64,000 nucleotides of DNA from Methanocorpusculum sp. (GCA_029987115.1 DALTWK010000003.1:39661-103660), one strand, 5' to 3'. Positions 1 through 11,260 are shown, counted from the stretch's first letter. The notes: generated by a model from the sequence alone, not told the origin. Program-made: numbers and translations.

Positions 1-40
1 TCAGACCATTTTTACCAATGTTTATTGTAAGTGAGTCCAT
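1..40 (-). CDS. 5' fragment of a probable YhbY/CRS1-family RNA-binding protein (runs off the window edge)
   Basis: ATG at 40 reads MDSLTINIGKNGL..., matching the YhbY 'v.IGKxGl' motif; only 13 codons are visible. Confidence 0.45.
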   Translation of the reverse strand, partial: MDSLTINIGKNGL

Positions 41-87
41 ACATTAAAATAGAGTTGTTAGATAAAGAGTTTATTGATTGAGATACT

Positions 88-942
88 ATGAGGAAACTAA
101 CATTGTACACAGATGGAGCTTCTCGTGGGAATCCTGGTCCAGCCGCATCCGCTTGGCTCATTATGGAGGGCGTCGATGTTCTGGAGGCAGATTCTCTTTT
201 ACTTGGGGAAAGAACCAACAATACAGCAGAGTATGTTGCTCTCAAAACTGCTTTGAAACATGCGAAAAAATATGTAAATCCGACGGAGACGGTTGTGGAA
301 ATTTTTTCCGATAGTCAATTGATGATTAATCAATTGAATGGGATTTATGCAGTGAAATCTGCGGATCTTCATCTGCTTTTTAACGAGGTTAAAACACAGG
401 CAAATGAATTCAACACTGTATCATATATCCATGTTCCACGTGAAAATGCCTATATTTCTTCTTGTGATTGGATGTGCAATAATACTTTGAATATTCGGGA
501 AATGCCTTTGGTGGAACCTGAAATAAAATGTACGCCAATTGGGGTTGTACATTCTCCGTATACAAATTATGATAATACTCCTTGTATGGGACGTATTGCG
601 AATGATATCTGCACCATTAAGATATTTCCTCAATATATTTCCGGATTGTATGGGCTTAAGGCCGACGATTATCTTTTTGTGTTCTGTTGGTTTGACCGTT
701 CAGATCGCACTATTCTTCAAGTTCATCCACATGGTCATGAAGAAGATGAGATACGAGGTGTTTTTTCAACTCGATCCCCGGTACGTCCGAATCCCGTATC
801 TCTAACTTTGGTAAGATTACTTTCCATTGATGATGATACACTTACAGTTCTAGGTCTCGATGCTTTTGATGGAACCCTTATTCTTGACATTAAACCTTAT
901 AGTTCCGAGTTTGATATTCCAGACAATTCTTTAACTCTCTAA
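88..942 (+). CDS. Fusion: RNase HI domain plus TrmO/TsaA-like SAM-binding (tRNA m6t6A methyltransferase family) domain
   Basis: N-half YTDGASRGNPGPA, TNNTAEY, FSDSQL, HVPRE.N (RNase HI); C-half PIGVVHSPY, GVFSTRSPVRPNP, GLDAFDGTLILDIKPY (TrmO). Confidence 0.9.
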   Translation: MRKLTLYTDGASRGNPGPAASAWLIMEGVDVLEADSLLLGERTNNTAEYVALKTALKHAKKYVNPTETVVEIFSDSQLMINQLNGIYAVKSADLHLLFNEVKTQANEFNTVSYIHVPRENAYISSCDWMCNNTLNIREMPLVEPEIKCTPIGVVHSPYTNYDNTPCMGRIANDICTIKIFPQYISGLYGLKADDYLFVFCWFDRSDRTILQVHPHGHEEDEIRGVFSTRSPVRPNPVSLTLVRLLSIDDDTLTVLGLDAFDGTLILDIKPYSSEFDIPDNSLTL

Positions 943-962
943 ACTAATAATTACGATAACAA

Positions 963-2165
963 ATGGATGCAAAATATGTTCGGATACTCTATCTTGTATT
1001 TGCACTATCACTAGTCATAGCGTCACGATTCACTACCTCGCTAATACTAGGAATTGCAGGATTATTATTATCCATAATCATGTATTTTGTTGGCAAAACT
1101 CGCTACTTTGCTATCGGTGTTGCAATCCTCTCGATTCTAGCAGCAATCGGTTTCCTACCACTACTAGCTCTTCTGGCTCCAATTCTGATGATTCTCCTCG
1201 GGGAAGGGGTACGTGTTGTCTTCCGCAAGTTTGGACATGATATGGTATTTTTCGGGATTGGTTCCATAGTTGCTATTATCTTTGTCATGTTCTATATGGG
1301 GACGTTTAATCTCCTTATTTGTGCAATTGCTCTCCTCGCCCTCCTTCTGCTTAGAAGTATTCTAAAGAATCGTGATGATGGATCACTTCTTAGTCTTGTC
1401 GGCGTTTCCATGATGATTTTCCTGTTTCTTGAACTGGAATTCCCCGTAGATATATGGATTTTAGTTTTTGCTCTTCTTCTTTGTGCGGCATTTGGTTACT
1501 TTGCGTATAAAGCACGGACCATTGATATAAGTGGTGTGTTTTCCGCTGTTCTCTTTGGTATCTTATTGATAACTTTCACTCGTAGCATTGCATGGTTCCT
1601 CGCGGTAATGGCCTTCTTTATCATTGGCTCTCTCTTCACCAAATTTAAATATGCAAGGAAAACAGAACTTGGTGTTGCCCAGTCAAAAGGAGGGAGGCGT
1701 GGATATCTCAATGCATTTTCAAATGCTGGTGTTGGTGTTGTAGCAAGTATTCTGTTTGGTATTACTGGGAATCCCATTTTTGCAGCTCTCTTCCTCGGTT
1801 CGATAGCGACCGCAACAGGGGATACCCTTGCAAGTGAAATTGGCGTCCTTAGTAAGAATCCTCGTATGATAACAACGATGAAACACTGTAAACCTGGTCA
1901 GAATGGCGGAGTGTCTTTATTAGGGGAACTTGCGTGTTTAGCAGGATCTCTAATCATTGGTGTCATTGGATTCGTAGCAGGAATAGCTTCGCTTCCGATA
2001 TGTCTAATCGCAGTCTTTGCTGGGTTTATTGGGACGAATATCGACAGCCTGATTGGGGCATTATTTGAAAACAAAGGGTGGGTTGGAAATGCTGGGACGA
2101 ATTTGATAGCAACATTACTTGGGGGATTGGTTGCAATCGGTCTTTTTATCCTCTTCGGACTGTGA
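963..2165 (+). CDS. DUF92/TIGR00297 integral membrane protein
   Basis: Many TM segments; GGRRGYLNAFSN, GDTLASEIG, PGQNGGVSLLG and DSLIGA motifs. Confidence 0.85.
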   Translation: MDAKYVRILYLVFALSLVIASRFTTSLILGIAGLLLSIIMYFVGKTRYFAIGVAILSILAAIGFLPLLALLAPILMILLGEGVRVVFRKFGHDMVFFGIGSIVAIIFVMFYMGTFNLLICAIALLALLLLRSILKNRDDGSLLSLVGVSMMIFLFLELEFPVDIWILVFALLLCAAFGYFAYKARTIDISGVFSAVLFGILLITFTRSIAWFLAVMAFFIIGSLFTKFKYARKTELGVAQSKGGRRGYLNAFSNAGVGVVASILFGITGNPIFAALFLGSIATATGDTLASEIGVLSKNPRMITTMKHCKPGQNGGVSLLGELACLAGSLIIGVIGFVAGIASLPICLIAVFAGFIGTNIDSLIGALFENKGWVGNAGTNLIATLLGGLVAIGLFILFGL

Positions 2166-2176
2166 TTTGAAAAAAA

Positions 2177-3052
2177 TTATTTTGTTGTGATGATTGGTTC
2201 TTCTTCGGTAACGATTATCGTATGCTCAAACTGGGATACAAATGAACCAGGGACATCGGAAAGAACATGGTATTCATAGAAATTACCCTGGCGGATAAGT
2301 GTTGGAATGGCTAGTTCTGATCTGGGAATTCCAAGCCATCTGCGGGAGAATGGAAGTCCATTCATATCATCAGCTTTCTTTAGAATCTTACGTGCTGTTG
2401 GTGATCTGACAGGAGCATTTCCAACAACTTGGTAAATCTCTCCCCGAGGCGCTTCGTGAACCATACCTGATCCCGATGTTGCAAATGGTTCTATCGCGAT
2501 TACATCATCAACATGGAGTATTGCTGTTCCAAATGCTCCGGTGTTAGGAATAGATAAACCATGATGAAGACTGTAGCGGGCCAGTGCATGTCCAGTCAAG
2601 TTTATGATTGGGCGATACCCAAAGGACGTAATCGTCTCTTCAACGACTTTTCCAATTTCTGACACCTGTAGATTTGGTTTAACAATTTTCACAGCGGCGT
2701 CGAGTGCTGTCTTTGATGCTTCGAGTAGTTTATCATGCTCTCCAAGATTCACAGTGACAGCTGTATCTGCAATATATCCGTCAATCTGTGTGCCGATATC
2801 TAGTTTTACTAAATCTCCTTCATTGAATATACGTTCATCTATTGGGGATGGCGTATCGTGAGCTGCACACTCATTAACTGAGATATTTGGTGGAAATGAT
2901 GGTGATGATCCCGCTGTCTCAATTTTATCAAGTACCAAGTCGAAAATATCTGCGTGTAACACACCTGGTTTGATTTCAGCAGCGCAGGAGTGCAGGACCG
3001 TTTTGGCAATTCTCCCTGCTTCTAGATAGTTATCAAGTTCTGTGTCGTTCAT
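2177..3052 (-). CDS. map: Methionine aminopeptidase type II
   Basis: FPPNISVNECAAHDTP, KLDIG..IDGYIADTA, NLTGH, AIEPFAT, SQFEHT. Confidence 0.95.
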   Translation of the reverse strand: MNDTELDNYLEAGRIAKTVLHSCAAEIKPGVLHADIFDLVLDKIETAGSSPSFPPNISVNECAAHDTPSPIDERIFNEGDLVKLDIGTQIDGYIADTAVTVNLGEHDKLLEASKTALDAAVKIVKPNLQVSEIGKVVEETITSFGYRPIINLTGHALARYSLHHGLSIPNTGAFGTAILHVDDVIAIEPFATSGSGMVHEAPRGEIYQVVGNAPVRSPTARKILKKADDMNGLPFSRRWLGIPRSELAIPTLIRQGNFYEYHVLSDVPGSFVSQFEHTIIVTEEEPIITTK

Positions 3053-4185
3053 GCTATAATTAATTGCTCTTCAAATGTTGTAAATCTATCAAAACCATCT
3101 TCAGTTACAGCTCCCATGTCTTCCAATCTTACTCCTCCTATCCCGGGGTAATATAGCCCTGGTTCGATGGTTACTACGTTTCCTGGTATAAGTGTTTCTC
3201 CGCGGATAGAAAGGCTCGGAGATTCATGAATTGCAAGACCAACACCGTGTCCAAGACTGTGAATGAATCCAGAGGAACCTGCTGTTTCATAGTTCTTATT
3301 AGTAAAAAAATCGGCAACTGCATTGTGGACATCTGCTCCAGATATCCCAGCTCGTATGAGCGAAGCTGCAAATTCTTTTGCTTCATGAACGGTATCATAC
3401 ATTTTGATAATCTCATCAGATGGTTTTCCTTTAGAAACTGTCCGTGTCATATCGGCAAAGTATCCGGTAGTATTGTCGCGCGGGAATACATCCATAACAA
3501 TTGGCTGATACGCCATTAATTGACCATCTCCTTTAGCGTGAGGGAGTGCAGTATCCATTCCACAAGAGATGATGGTATCAGTATCTGTAAGCCCCAATGA
3601 ATAGAATCGCTCATGTATAATTCCTCTGAGACGATCTGAAGTCAGTGGTTCACCATCTAGAACGAGTTTTCCCTCCTCATCGATGTCAGCTTTTTTGATT
3701 GCATTTATTGCAAGATGTACGCCATCTTCATTCTTACGTTGAACATCTTTGATCTTATCGATTTCATCCTCGGTTTTTACAGCACGCATAGATAGCACTG
3801 TATTAGTATCAACCTTTATTTCTGCAACGGATGATAACGCGTTTGCAAAGCCAACTGGCATGGAATAAGGGACAAGAAATTTCTTGCCATTTAGATTTTT
3901 CAGCATATGTGCTGTTGCTAAATCTGCATTTTTATATTCCTCATAGAATTCCACAAATCCTGCTGATGTGCGCGTTAGGACATTGCATTTTGCTTCTCGG
4001 CGCGCTCGTAATTCTTCCATACTGGAAACGATGATATACCGTTCACCAGATTGTTTCTGAACAAAGATGTATGGATCCGAGGCGTGAAATCCGCTTAAAT
4101 ATTGCATATCGCTGTTTTCCGAGGAATCATAAATGACATATGCATCACAATCTTGTCGAATCAGTTCGTCATCAAGTGCAGTCAT
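3049..4185 (-). CDS. Xaa-Pro aminopeptidase (M24 family)
   Basis: YFADMTRT, FIHSLGHGVGLAIHE, TIEPGLY, GGVRLED; 4-nt overlap with map. Confidence 0.92.
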   Translation of the reverse strand: MTALDDELIRQDCDAYVIYDSSENSDMQYLSGFHASDPYIFVQKQSGERYIIVSSMEELRARREAKCNVLTRTSAGFVEFYEEYKNADLATAHMLKNLNGKKFLVPYSMPVGFANALSSVAEIKVDTNTVLSMRAVKTEDEIDKIKDVQRKNEDGVHLAINAIKKADIDEEGKLVLDGEPLTSDRLRGIIHERFYSLGLTDTDTIISCGMDTALPHAKGDGQLMAYQPIVMDVFPRDNTTGYFADMTRTVSKGKPSDEIIKMYDTVHEAKEFAASLIRAGISGADVHNAVADFFTNKNYETAGSSGFIHSLGHGVGLAIHESPSLSIRGETLIPGNVVTIEPGLYYPGIGGVRLEDMGAVTEDGFDRFTTFEEQLIIA

Positions 4186-4253
4186 AATAATAATGATAAT
4201 TGGTGTTCATAAGAGATGTAGTTTTTATTTCTGTGACACATAATAACATAGTA

Positions 4254-4637
4254 ATGAACGACGAAGAGCGAGCGCAGTTTAAAGGAATGTTCTCTGCAAA
4301 TGTCCTGTTGCTGAATATTATCATATTTGCAACAGCACTTGCGATAGCTCTTGGTATTATTGCTCCGAACAGTTGGTTGCCCAAGTGGCCGATAATTGCG
4401 GTAAGTATCGTAATCGCAATAATTGCTTTAATCTTTTTCATCAGAAAATACCGTTCAACCAAAGCATGGCTTGAAATTCATGGAACAACAAAAGAGGAGC
4501 GCCTTGCTCAGATAAATTCAGAACGTGAAGCGGAACGTGCCAGAATACGTGCAGAGCTTGAAGCGGAACTCCGTGAAGAGATAGCAAAGGAAGAACGTGA
4601 AAAACAGGAGGCATCAAATAATGCTGGAAAAGATTAA
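4254..4637 (+). CDS. Hypothetical membrane protein (2 TM plus charged coiled-coil tail)
   Basis: ATG at 4254; two hydrophobic helices followed by an E/R-rich helix. Confidence 0.7.
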   Translation: MNDEERAQFKGMFSANVLLLNIIIFATALAIALGIIAPNSWLPKWPIIAVSIVIAIIALIFFIRKYRSTKAWLEIHGTTKEERLAQINSEREAERARIRAELEAELREEIAKEEREKQEASNNAGKD

Positions 4638-4902
4638 TGGCGAAGTTGAACTTTTGGAGCGCCATCTAATTGTTATGCGTGCAGTTGTTTCCCATGGGCC
4701 AGTTGGTATCATGAAACTGACTGATGAACTTCATCAATCACAACATCGTATTCGTTATTCCCTTCGGGTTTTGGAACAGATGGAATACATCAAAGCGACT
4801 CCTTCGGGGGCTATTGCAACAGAAAAGGCATTAGAAATGCTGAAAAACTTCAATTCCAATATGGATAAGTTAATTGAGAAACTTCAGTCTCTTCGCGAAT
4901 AA
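4621..4902 (+). CDS. Small archaeal winged-HTH protein (COG3388-like)
   Basis: ELLERHL..., GPVGIMKL, HRIRYSLRVLEQ..YI..TPSGA wHTH pattern. Confidence 0.75.
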   Translation: MLEKINGEVELLERHLIVMRAVVSHGPVGIMKLTDELHQSQHRIRYSLRVLEQMEYIKATPSGAIATEKALEMLKNFNSNMDKLIEKLQSLRE

Positions 4903-4948
4903 AAACATTTAATACATACTTTGACATATTTAATAAGGCAACAAGTGT

Positions 4949-5021
4949 GCCGCCATAACTCAGTTGGTAGAGTGTTTGGCTGTTAACCAAAATGTCACAG
5001 GTTCGAGTCCTGTTGGCGGCG
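4949..5021 (+). tRNA. tRNA-Asn(GTT)
   Basis: Acceptor GCCGCCA/TGGCGGC; anticodon loop CTGTTAA; T-loop TTCGAGT. Confidence 0.97.
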
Positions 5022-5100
5022 CTTGTACGTTTTTGAATTATTACAATTAACAATAATGTCCGCATCTATAAATAGCGTCGACCCCTAAATTCTATCATCA

Positions 5101-5610
5101 ATGGCTGGAAAATTCGAATGTTTACAATGTGGTCTTTGTTGTCTAGGTATAGGATCCATTGTAAAAATGGAAAAGCAGCTTTCCCGATATGGTTTTGTTG
5201 TGAAAAATGATATTGTGCGAGAAATGCGTCAGGCACTGGTAACTCCTGAATATCGAGAAATTTTTGAGAATGATCATTCTGTACAGGAAAAGCATCCTTC
5301 AGCTTGTTATTTTGTCCGTTGTCTTCCGAATGGAAAATATGTCTGCACAATCCATCCGTATCGTCTTCTAATCTGTGGTAGTTATCATTGTTGCACTGCT
5401 CGTATTAACAAAGATGGTAAAGAGGTTGGAAAAATCAAAGGACGTTTTTCCCTGGTGACAAAGGATGAAGAACTCATCAAAATATGGCATGAGAATGTAA
5501 TGGCCTCGTCAGAAAATCCGACATCTGCTGATATTGAGACGATTCTCAGAAAGTACGGATATTCAATTTTGTTCTATGATGAGGGAGATGAAGATGATGA
5601 CAATTTCTAA
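5101..5610 (+). CDS. YkgJ-family (CxxCxxCC) cysteine-cluster protein
   Basis: FECLQCGLCC, ACYF, CTIHPYR..IC..Y. Confidence 0.85.
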   Translation: MAGKFECLQCGLCCLGIGSIVKMEKQLSRYGFVVKNDIVREMRQALVTPEYREIFENDHSVQEKHPSACYFVRCLPNGKYVCTIHPYRLLICGSYHCCTARINKDGKEVGKIKGRFSLVTKDEELIKIWHENVMASSENPTSADIETILRKYGYSILFYDEGDEDDDNF

Positions 5611-5854
5611 TCGTCGCGTTGAAAACGGTTGTGTGACATGCAGTGATGGTCGTTCTCTTCCCGTTGGGAATTGCCGTTTTTGCCTTCACTCCCGCTATTT
5701 TATAGTGGATGGAGTAGAAAAACGTTCCCCTGCACTCTCCTTTTGCTTATCCGAACGAGTAGTTGAACCAGTTGATTGTGAGAAAGCAACAGTTATTGGT
5801 TGCGCTGAATTTCGTGGTGATGGTTACACAAATATTGGCAATATAATATCATAA
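5594..5854 (+). CDS. Small Cys-rich hypothetical protein
   Basis: GAGGGAG upstream; CVTC, CRFCLH and further Cys; overlaps the ykgJ-like stop; start could be 5588, 5594 or 5597. Confidence 0.65.
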   Translation: MMTISNRRVENGCVTCSDGRSLPVGNCRFCLHSRYFIVDGVEKRSPALSFCLSERVVEPVDCEKATVIGCAEFRGDGYTNIGNIIS

Positions 5855-5875
5855 AAATAAATTATTAATTATAAA

Positions 5876-6538
5876 TTATTCCGCGAAATCACGGATATTT
5901 TTCAAGGTAATGATTGGCTCACTGTCGTCATCAAGTTCTATTACAGCATAGTTCCCATCTTTAGCTGGTCCTGGATTAACACATACTTTACCATTGAACA
6001 TTGCAATGTTCTTCATTTCATGGATATGTCCACAACAAACAATGTCGAAGTTCTTTATAATGTCGGCTATTGCATGACAACCAACGTGTACATCTGTTGC
6101 AACTTCGTCAAGTACACCATATGGTGGTGCGTGTGTTAATAATATATTCCACCTATTCTTTGTGAGTTTTGCAACAATTTCCTCGGCAACTTTTGATATC
6201 TCCTCTTCCGAATCTTCAAAAGGGGTTCCAAATGGGGATGGATTTGAACCACCAAATCCCGTAAATGTGATATCGTCTACGTCAATTGTCTTATGGTGAA
6301 GTGAGACGGCATCTGATGCTTCGAAATGAGATAGAATTTCCCGTTTATCGCAGTTTCCAGGAATAACAAAAGTTAATGCTGGCATCTCGTTAAGGAATTC
6401 TTTTACTCCATCCACTTCCTGTCCGAAATCGGTTACATCTCCTCCAATTAGGATGAAATCCGGATCTTCATGTTTAAAAATGGTACGAACACTTTCTCTA
6501 TTTCCGTGGATATCGGTCAGAAATACTATCTCTGTCAT
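5876..6538 (-). CDS. Metallophosphoesterase (Icc-like)
   Basis: TDIHG, GGDVTD, PGNCD, THAPP, GHIHE. Confidence 0.92.
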   Translation of the reverse strand: MTEIVFLTDIHGNRESVRTIFKHEDPDFILIGGDVTDFGQEVDGVKEFLNEMPALTFVIPGNCDKREILSHFEASDAVSLHHKTIDVDDITFTGFGGSNPSPFGTPFEDSEEEISKVAEEIVAKLTKNRWNILLTHAPPYGVLDEVATDVHVGCHAIADIIKNFDIVCCGHIHEMKNIAMFNGKVCVNPGPAKDGNYAVIELDDDSEPIITLKNIRDFAE

Positions 6539-6621
6539 TAATAATTAGATACGCTGTGATATGATATCAATCTCATTACAATGGTTAAAAAAAGAATGAT
6601 ACTGTCTTTTAACAGTAATTG

Positions 6622-9219
6622 TTACTGTCTTTTAACAGTAATTGTTGCTTCTTCGTCTAAGATAACGTCAACTGTCTGTCCGGAAACAGAATAGGTATAG
6701 GAAACTTTCCAAGCATTTTCTGGGACTTCAATTTCTTCACCGTCAGCAACAATTATTTTTGGTGGGTTGATTTTTTGGTCATCCGGAAGTGCTTGGACTG
6801 CCTTCATAAAGACACCCGCTTTTGATCTCAAGGTTTTTCCAACGATGCTCTTGTTGAAAATCACCTCTCCAATCTTCTTTTCAAGAGTTGGTTCCTCATT
6901 CTTCCATACAACTTCGGCGTTGATGGTACGTCCAAGATCGCCATCGTCGTCAATACTGTGTGCTGGAGTGTAGATGGTGACAAGTCCAAGCGGTGCGTTT
7001 AGAGCAAGTCCTTCATCATGTTTATATTTCCTTAATATTCCCGCAATCTTGACAACGAGATTACCATCGCGGATTGCCTCGTCATCATTGTACTGGAAGG
7101 TTATCCATGGGTGATCAATAATTCTCTTTCCATTGGACAAGTGATGATAGCATTCTTGGGCAAAGAACGGAATGTATGGGGAAAGCATGGTACACATGGC
7201 ATCAAGTGTTGTTTCAAGGGTGAATACTGCACCAGCACGTCCGGGATCTTCGCTGTAAAGTCTCCCCTTCACAAATTCAAGATATTCGTCTGCCATTACA
7301 TTCCAAGCAAAGTCCCGAATAATCTTCAACCCTTTGTCAAAAAGGTATGCTTCCATTGCGTCAGTGACATCGGAAATGGTGTTGGAAAGATTTGCAAGCA
7401 TCCAGCGGTCAATTAACGTAGAAGGTTTGTCCGTTTTTGGAATGGAAGATTCCTTTCGAATCTGCATTAGTGAAAATCTGACAATATTCCACATCTTGGT
7501 TTGGAATCGGGATGCAGCAACAACATCGTTCCAGTTGAAAAGAATATCCTGTCCCGTGGAGGATCCTGCTGCAGCCCATTGACGGAGTGCATCAACGCCA
7601 TATGGACCCATAACATCTTCTGGTCCAATTACATTTCCTCTGGATTTTGACATCTTGAATCCATCTTCTCCAAGAACCATACCATTTATTAGAATCCCGT
7701 CCCACGGTTTCTCACCTAAAATTGCCATACTTCTTAAAATCGTATAGAATGCCCAGGTTCTGATGATATCATGGCCCTGTGGTCTTAATTGTGCAGGGAA
7801 GAATTCTGGTTTTCCTGTGCCGTCCCATCCAGTAACATGTAAATCTGTGATGGAGGAATCCATCCATGTATCCAGAACGTCAGTTTCTCCGGTAAAACTG
7901 GTTCCGCCACATTTAGGACATGCGTGCTTAGGTTTGTCGATGGTTGGATCAATTGGAAGATCCTCTTCATCTGGTAAAATCATCTCGCCACACTTGTCAC
8001 AGAACCAAACTGGAATCGGGGTTGCAAAGAGACGCTGGCGGGAGATGCACCAGTCCCATTCCATCTGTTCCGCCCAATTTTCTAGGCGTTGGAGCATATG
8101 TTCCGGATACCATTTGATATCACGGGCAGCTTTAATGATTTCATCTCCTTTAACTTTCACAAACCACTGTCTTTCGGAAAGAATTTCAATCGGGGTCTTA
8201 CATCTCCAACAGCAACCAACACTATGGTGAAGTGGTTCCTGACGATAGAGTATCCCTTCTTTTTTCATATCGTCGATGATTGCTTGGCGACATTCTTTGG
8301 TGGTAAGCCCTTCATATTTTCCACATATGGAGGTCATCGTTCCTTTCGGTGTAATTGCCTTCCGTAATGGGAGATTATATTTCTTCCACCAGAACACATC
8401 GGTTTTGTCTCCAAATGTACAGATCATTACAGCACCGGAACCAAAGCTCATATCCACCTGGTCATCGGAAATGATTTTAACTTCGTGGCCGAACAGAGGA
8501 ACTTTAAGGGTTTTGCCAACGATTTCTTTATATCTGTCATCATCTGGATGTACAGCAACAGCAACACACGCCCCAAGTAGTTCTGGTCGGGATGTTGCGA
8601 TTTCAAGACCATCAAAGTTGAAGAAGTTGAGGAAGGAATCTTCTTCATTGTAGGATACTTCCGCAAATGCAATTGCCGTCTCACAACGGGTACAGAAATT
8701 TACTGGGTGTTCTGCCTGGTAAATGTATCCTGCTTTCAGCATTCTAAGGAAAGAAAGCTGGGTTTTACCGTAATAGTACGGTTCCATCGTGATGTATTCA
8801 TTGCTCCAATCGACAGAGAATCCCATCGTACGTAGGGACTGGCGCATTTTTGCAATATTTTCGACGGTTAGTTCACGACACATCCTACGAAATTCTTCAC
8901 GGGACACGTCGTTTTTTGTAATGTGGTTGAGTTCTTCAACTTTTACTTCAGTTGGGAGACCATGGCAATCCCATCCTTGTGGAAACATTACATTGAACCC
9001 AGTCATTCTCTTGTACCGAGCGATAATATCCATGTAAACCCAGTTTAGTGCATGACCAATATGCAATTTACCTGTTGGATACGGCGGGGGCGTATCAATG
9101 ATGTATTGGGGTTTTTTCGAATGTTTATCGAAATAGAAATCGCTGTCTTTCCACTGTTCAAGCCAGCGCTTCTCCACAGCAGCGAAATCATATGTCTTTG
9201 GAAGTTCCTCTGTTGACAT
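6622..9219 (-). CDS. valS: Valine--tRNA ligase
   Basis: [34 protein letters not shown]. Confidence 0.98.
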   Translation of the reverse strand: MSTEELPKTYDFAAVEKRWLEQWKDSDFYFDKHSKKPQYIIDTPPPYPTGKLHIGHALNWVYMDIIARYKRMTGFNVMFPQGWDCHGLPTEVKVEELNHITKNDVSREEFRRMCRELTVENIAKMRQSLRTMGFSVDWSNEYITMEPYYYGKTQLSFLRMLKAGYIYQAEHPVNFCTRCETAIAFAEVSYNEEDSFLNFFNFDGLEIATSRPELLGACVAVAVHPDDDRYKEIVGKTLKVPLFGHEVKIISDDQVDMSFGSGAVMICTFGDKTDVFWWKKYNLPLRKAITPKGTMTSICGKYEGLTTKECRQAIIDDMKKEGILYRQEPLHHSVGCCWRCKTPIEILSERQWFVKVKGDEIIKAARDIKWYPEHMLQRLENWAEQMEWDWCISRQRLFATPIPVWFCDKCGEMILPDEEDLPIDPTIDKPKHACPKCGGTSFTGETDVLDTWMDSSITDLHVTGWDGTGKPEFFPAQLRPQGHDIIRTWAFYTILRSMAILGEKPWDGILINGMVLGEDGFKMSKSRGNVIGPEDVMGPYGVDALRQWAAAGSSTGQDILFNWNDVVAASRFQTKMWNIVRFSLMQIRKESSIPKTDKPSTLIDRWMLANLSNTISDVTDAMEAYLFDKGLKIIRDFAWNVMADEYLEFVKGRLYSEDPGRAGAVFTLETTLDAMCTMLSPYIPFFAQECYHHLSNGKRIIDHPWITFQYNDDEAIRDGNLVVKIAGILRKYKHDEGLALNAPLGLVTIYTPAHSIDDDGDLGRTINAEVVWKNEEPTLEKKIGEVIFNKSIVGKTLRSKAGVFMKAVQALPDDQKINPPKIIVADGEEIEVPENAWKVSYTYSVSGQTVDVILDEEATITVKRQ

Positions 9220-9313
9220 GTGGGTAATTATATGTTTTTTCTACCATATATTTCAGTTGTTAATAAGAGGGAGTTATTTTTTATTTCTTGAGACTGATAT
9301 ACTAACAAGCACT

Positions 9314-10690
9314 ATGGTACTAGCAAAACTCGAAAAGAAATTTTTTGGAACAAATGGCGTTCGCGGCATAACTGGCATAGATATGACTTCAATTTTCGCA
9401 TTAGAAATGTCGGAGTCATATGGGACATTTCTGGGTCAGGGTAAAACTGTTGGTATCGGAAAAGACACCAGAACATCAGGGGATGCACTCGGAGCAGCCG
9501 TTTCCGCTGGATTGATGGATGCTGGGTGTAATGTTATAGATTTCGGCATTCTTCCAACACCAGCATTGCAATATCTTATTCTATCAAAGAAACTGGATGG
9601 GGGTGTCATGATAACCGCATCTCACAACCCTCCTGAATACAACGGATTCAAATTCATTGACGCTGATGGAACGGAACTAGGAGATGACAAGACTATCGAT
9701 ATCGAACAGATTTACATTAATAAAACAATGATCCACGCGGAGTGGGGGAAGGTAGGTCATCTATTTATTGATTATGATTCCTACCTCCTATATATTGACG
9801 CGATTGTATCTCAATTTCCAAAAGATATTGGGAAGGGGATATCCGTTGCTATCGATCCAGGAAATGGTGCTGCTTGCCGTACTGCTCCCGAGATTTTTAA
9901 GCGGCTGGGTTGTGATGTCCATATAATAAATAGTGAGTATGATGGATTTTTCCCTGGAAGACTTCCGGAGCCTTCTGAAGAGGGGTTGAAGAAGTTATCT
10001 GAGACGGTAGTTAAGACCGGATCTGCATTTGGAATTGCTCATGATGGTGATGCCGATCGTGCGGTTTTTGTCGATGAAAAAGGACGTTTCATCGATGGGA
10101 ATATCATGCTTGCTATTCTTGCATCTTACTTCGCGGAACAGAATGTTGGGGGGGAGATTGTCACGACGCTAGCATCATCTGGGGTTATTGAAGCTGTTGG
10201 AAAAAAATATGGTTGTGAAACTGTTTATACGGTTGTTGGAAGTCCATATGTGGCACGAACAATGCGTGAAGAACTTGATTCAGGGAAGAATGTATTTATT
10301 GGGGGAGAAGGAAATGGTGGTATTATCTATCCATCGCATCAGTTCTGCCGTGATGGTGGAATGTCTGGAGCGACTCTTGTCGGTCTTCTTTCTGAAAAGA
10401 AGATTCCTCTATCTTCTTATATTGATTCTCTTCCAAAGTTCACCATGTATCAGGAAAAACGAAAAACAACTCGTGCAAAGGAGATAACTGAACACATGCG
10501 TTTATATTTCAAGAATTATCCGATAGATGATCGTGATGGCATAAAAGTTCATAAAAAAGGTTCTTGGGCATTAATTCGTCCGTCAGGAACAGAACCATTG
10601 ATTCGCATATATACAGAATCGGAAGATGCAGGGGAGGCAAAAACATTGATGAATCTTATTCTTGCGGAGATATCCCCATATCTCTCATAA
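9314..10690 (+). CDS. Phosphohexomutase (GlmM/PMM-PGM family)
   Basis: FGTNGVRG, ITASHNPPEYNG, HDGDADR, GEGNGG, RPSGTEP; likely ATG at 9314. Confidence 0.93.
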   Translation: MVLAKLEKKFFGTNGVRGITGIDMTSIFALEMSESYGTFLGQGKTVGIGKDTRTSGDALGAAVSAGLMDAGCNVIDFGILPTPALQYLILSKKLDGGVMITASHNPPEYNGFKFIDADGTELGDDKTIDIEQIYINKTMIHAEWGKVGHLFIDYDSYLLYIDAIVSQFPKDIGKGISVAIDPGNGAACRTAPEIFKRLGCDVHIINSEYDGFFPGRLPEPSEEGLKKLSETVVKTGSAFGIAHDGDADRAVFVDEKGRFIDGNIMLAILASYFAEQNVGGEIVTTLASSGVIEAVGKKYGCETVYTVVGSPYVARTMREELDSGKNVFIGGEGNGGIIYPSHQFCRDGGMSGATLVGLLSEKKIPLSSYIDSLPKFTMYQEKRKTTRAKEITEHMRLYFKNYPIDDRDGIKVHKKGSWALIRPSGTEPLIRIYTESEDAGEAKTLMNLILAEISPYLS

Positions 10691-11177
10691 TTTCCACAAT
10701 TTTACCAGGAATTTCATCTCTATTTTCTTCAGTTACTATTATTAGGATAACATCATCACGGTTTCTTATTTTATCCAGAAATGGGGTGCGCATATTTCGC
10801 ACCACCCCTAATACGTGGGTGTCGCTGTTTAACGTTTCGATAATTGCAGAGCAAAATATTTCAGATTGACTCTCAAGAAATCCCAATTCATCCATAATGG
10901 TAATTGTTTTCTTTTCGTTCAAAAACACCGGCCCATATGTATCAAATATCTCGGGAAATGCTTTTCGAGTTCCTTCTCTCCGTTCCGCAACAATATGACC
11001 CGTTTCTGGTTTTCCATTTGCTTTAAAGAGAACAACAATTGATGTTCCGTCTTTTTGATGGTTGACACCCTTGGTCCGAAATCCTCCAACTTCAATATTT
11101 AATATGGATAGAGTTTTATCAATAGCTGTGCTCTTACCAATTTGGATGTCCCCTGTAAGAAAGACGTGTTTTTTCAT
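10656..11177 (-). CDS. NTPase_1 (THEP1/DUF265) nucleoside triphosphatase
   Basis: FLTGDIQIGKST Walker A, GGFRT, IMDELGFLE, VTEENRD; convergent 35-nt overlap with the mutase. Confidence 0.85.
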   Translation of the reverse strand: MKKHVFLTGDIQIGKSTAIDKTLSILNIEVGGFRTKGVNHQKDGTSIVVLFKANGKPETGHIVAERREGTRKAFPEIFDTYGPVFLNEKKTITIMDELGFLESQSEIFCSAIIETLNSDTHVLGVVRNMRTPFLDKIRNRDDVILIIVTEENRDEIPGKIVEIMRDMGISPQE

Positions 11178-11260
11178 GTAAATATATTCGATAGTTTGAA
11201 TGATGATTTTTACGGATGAGTTTCATATGGAGTTACGACCAATATATGTTATACGATAAT

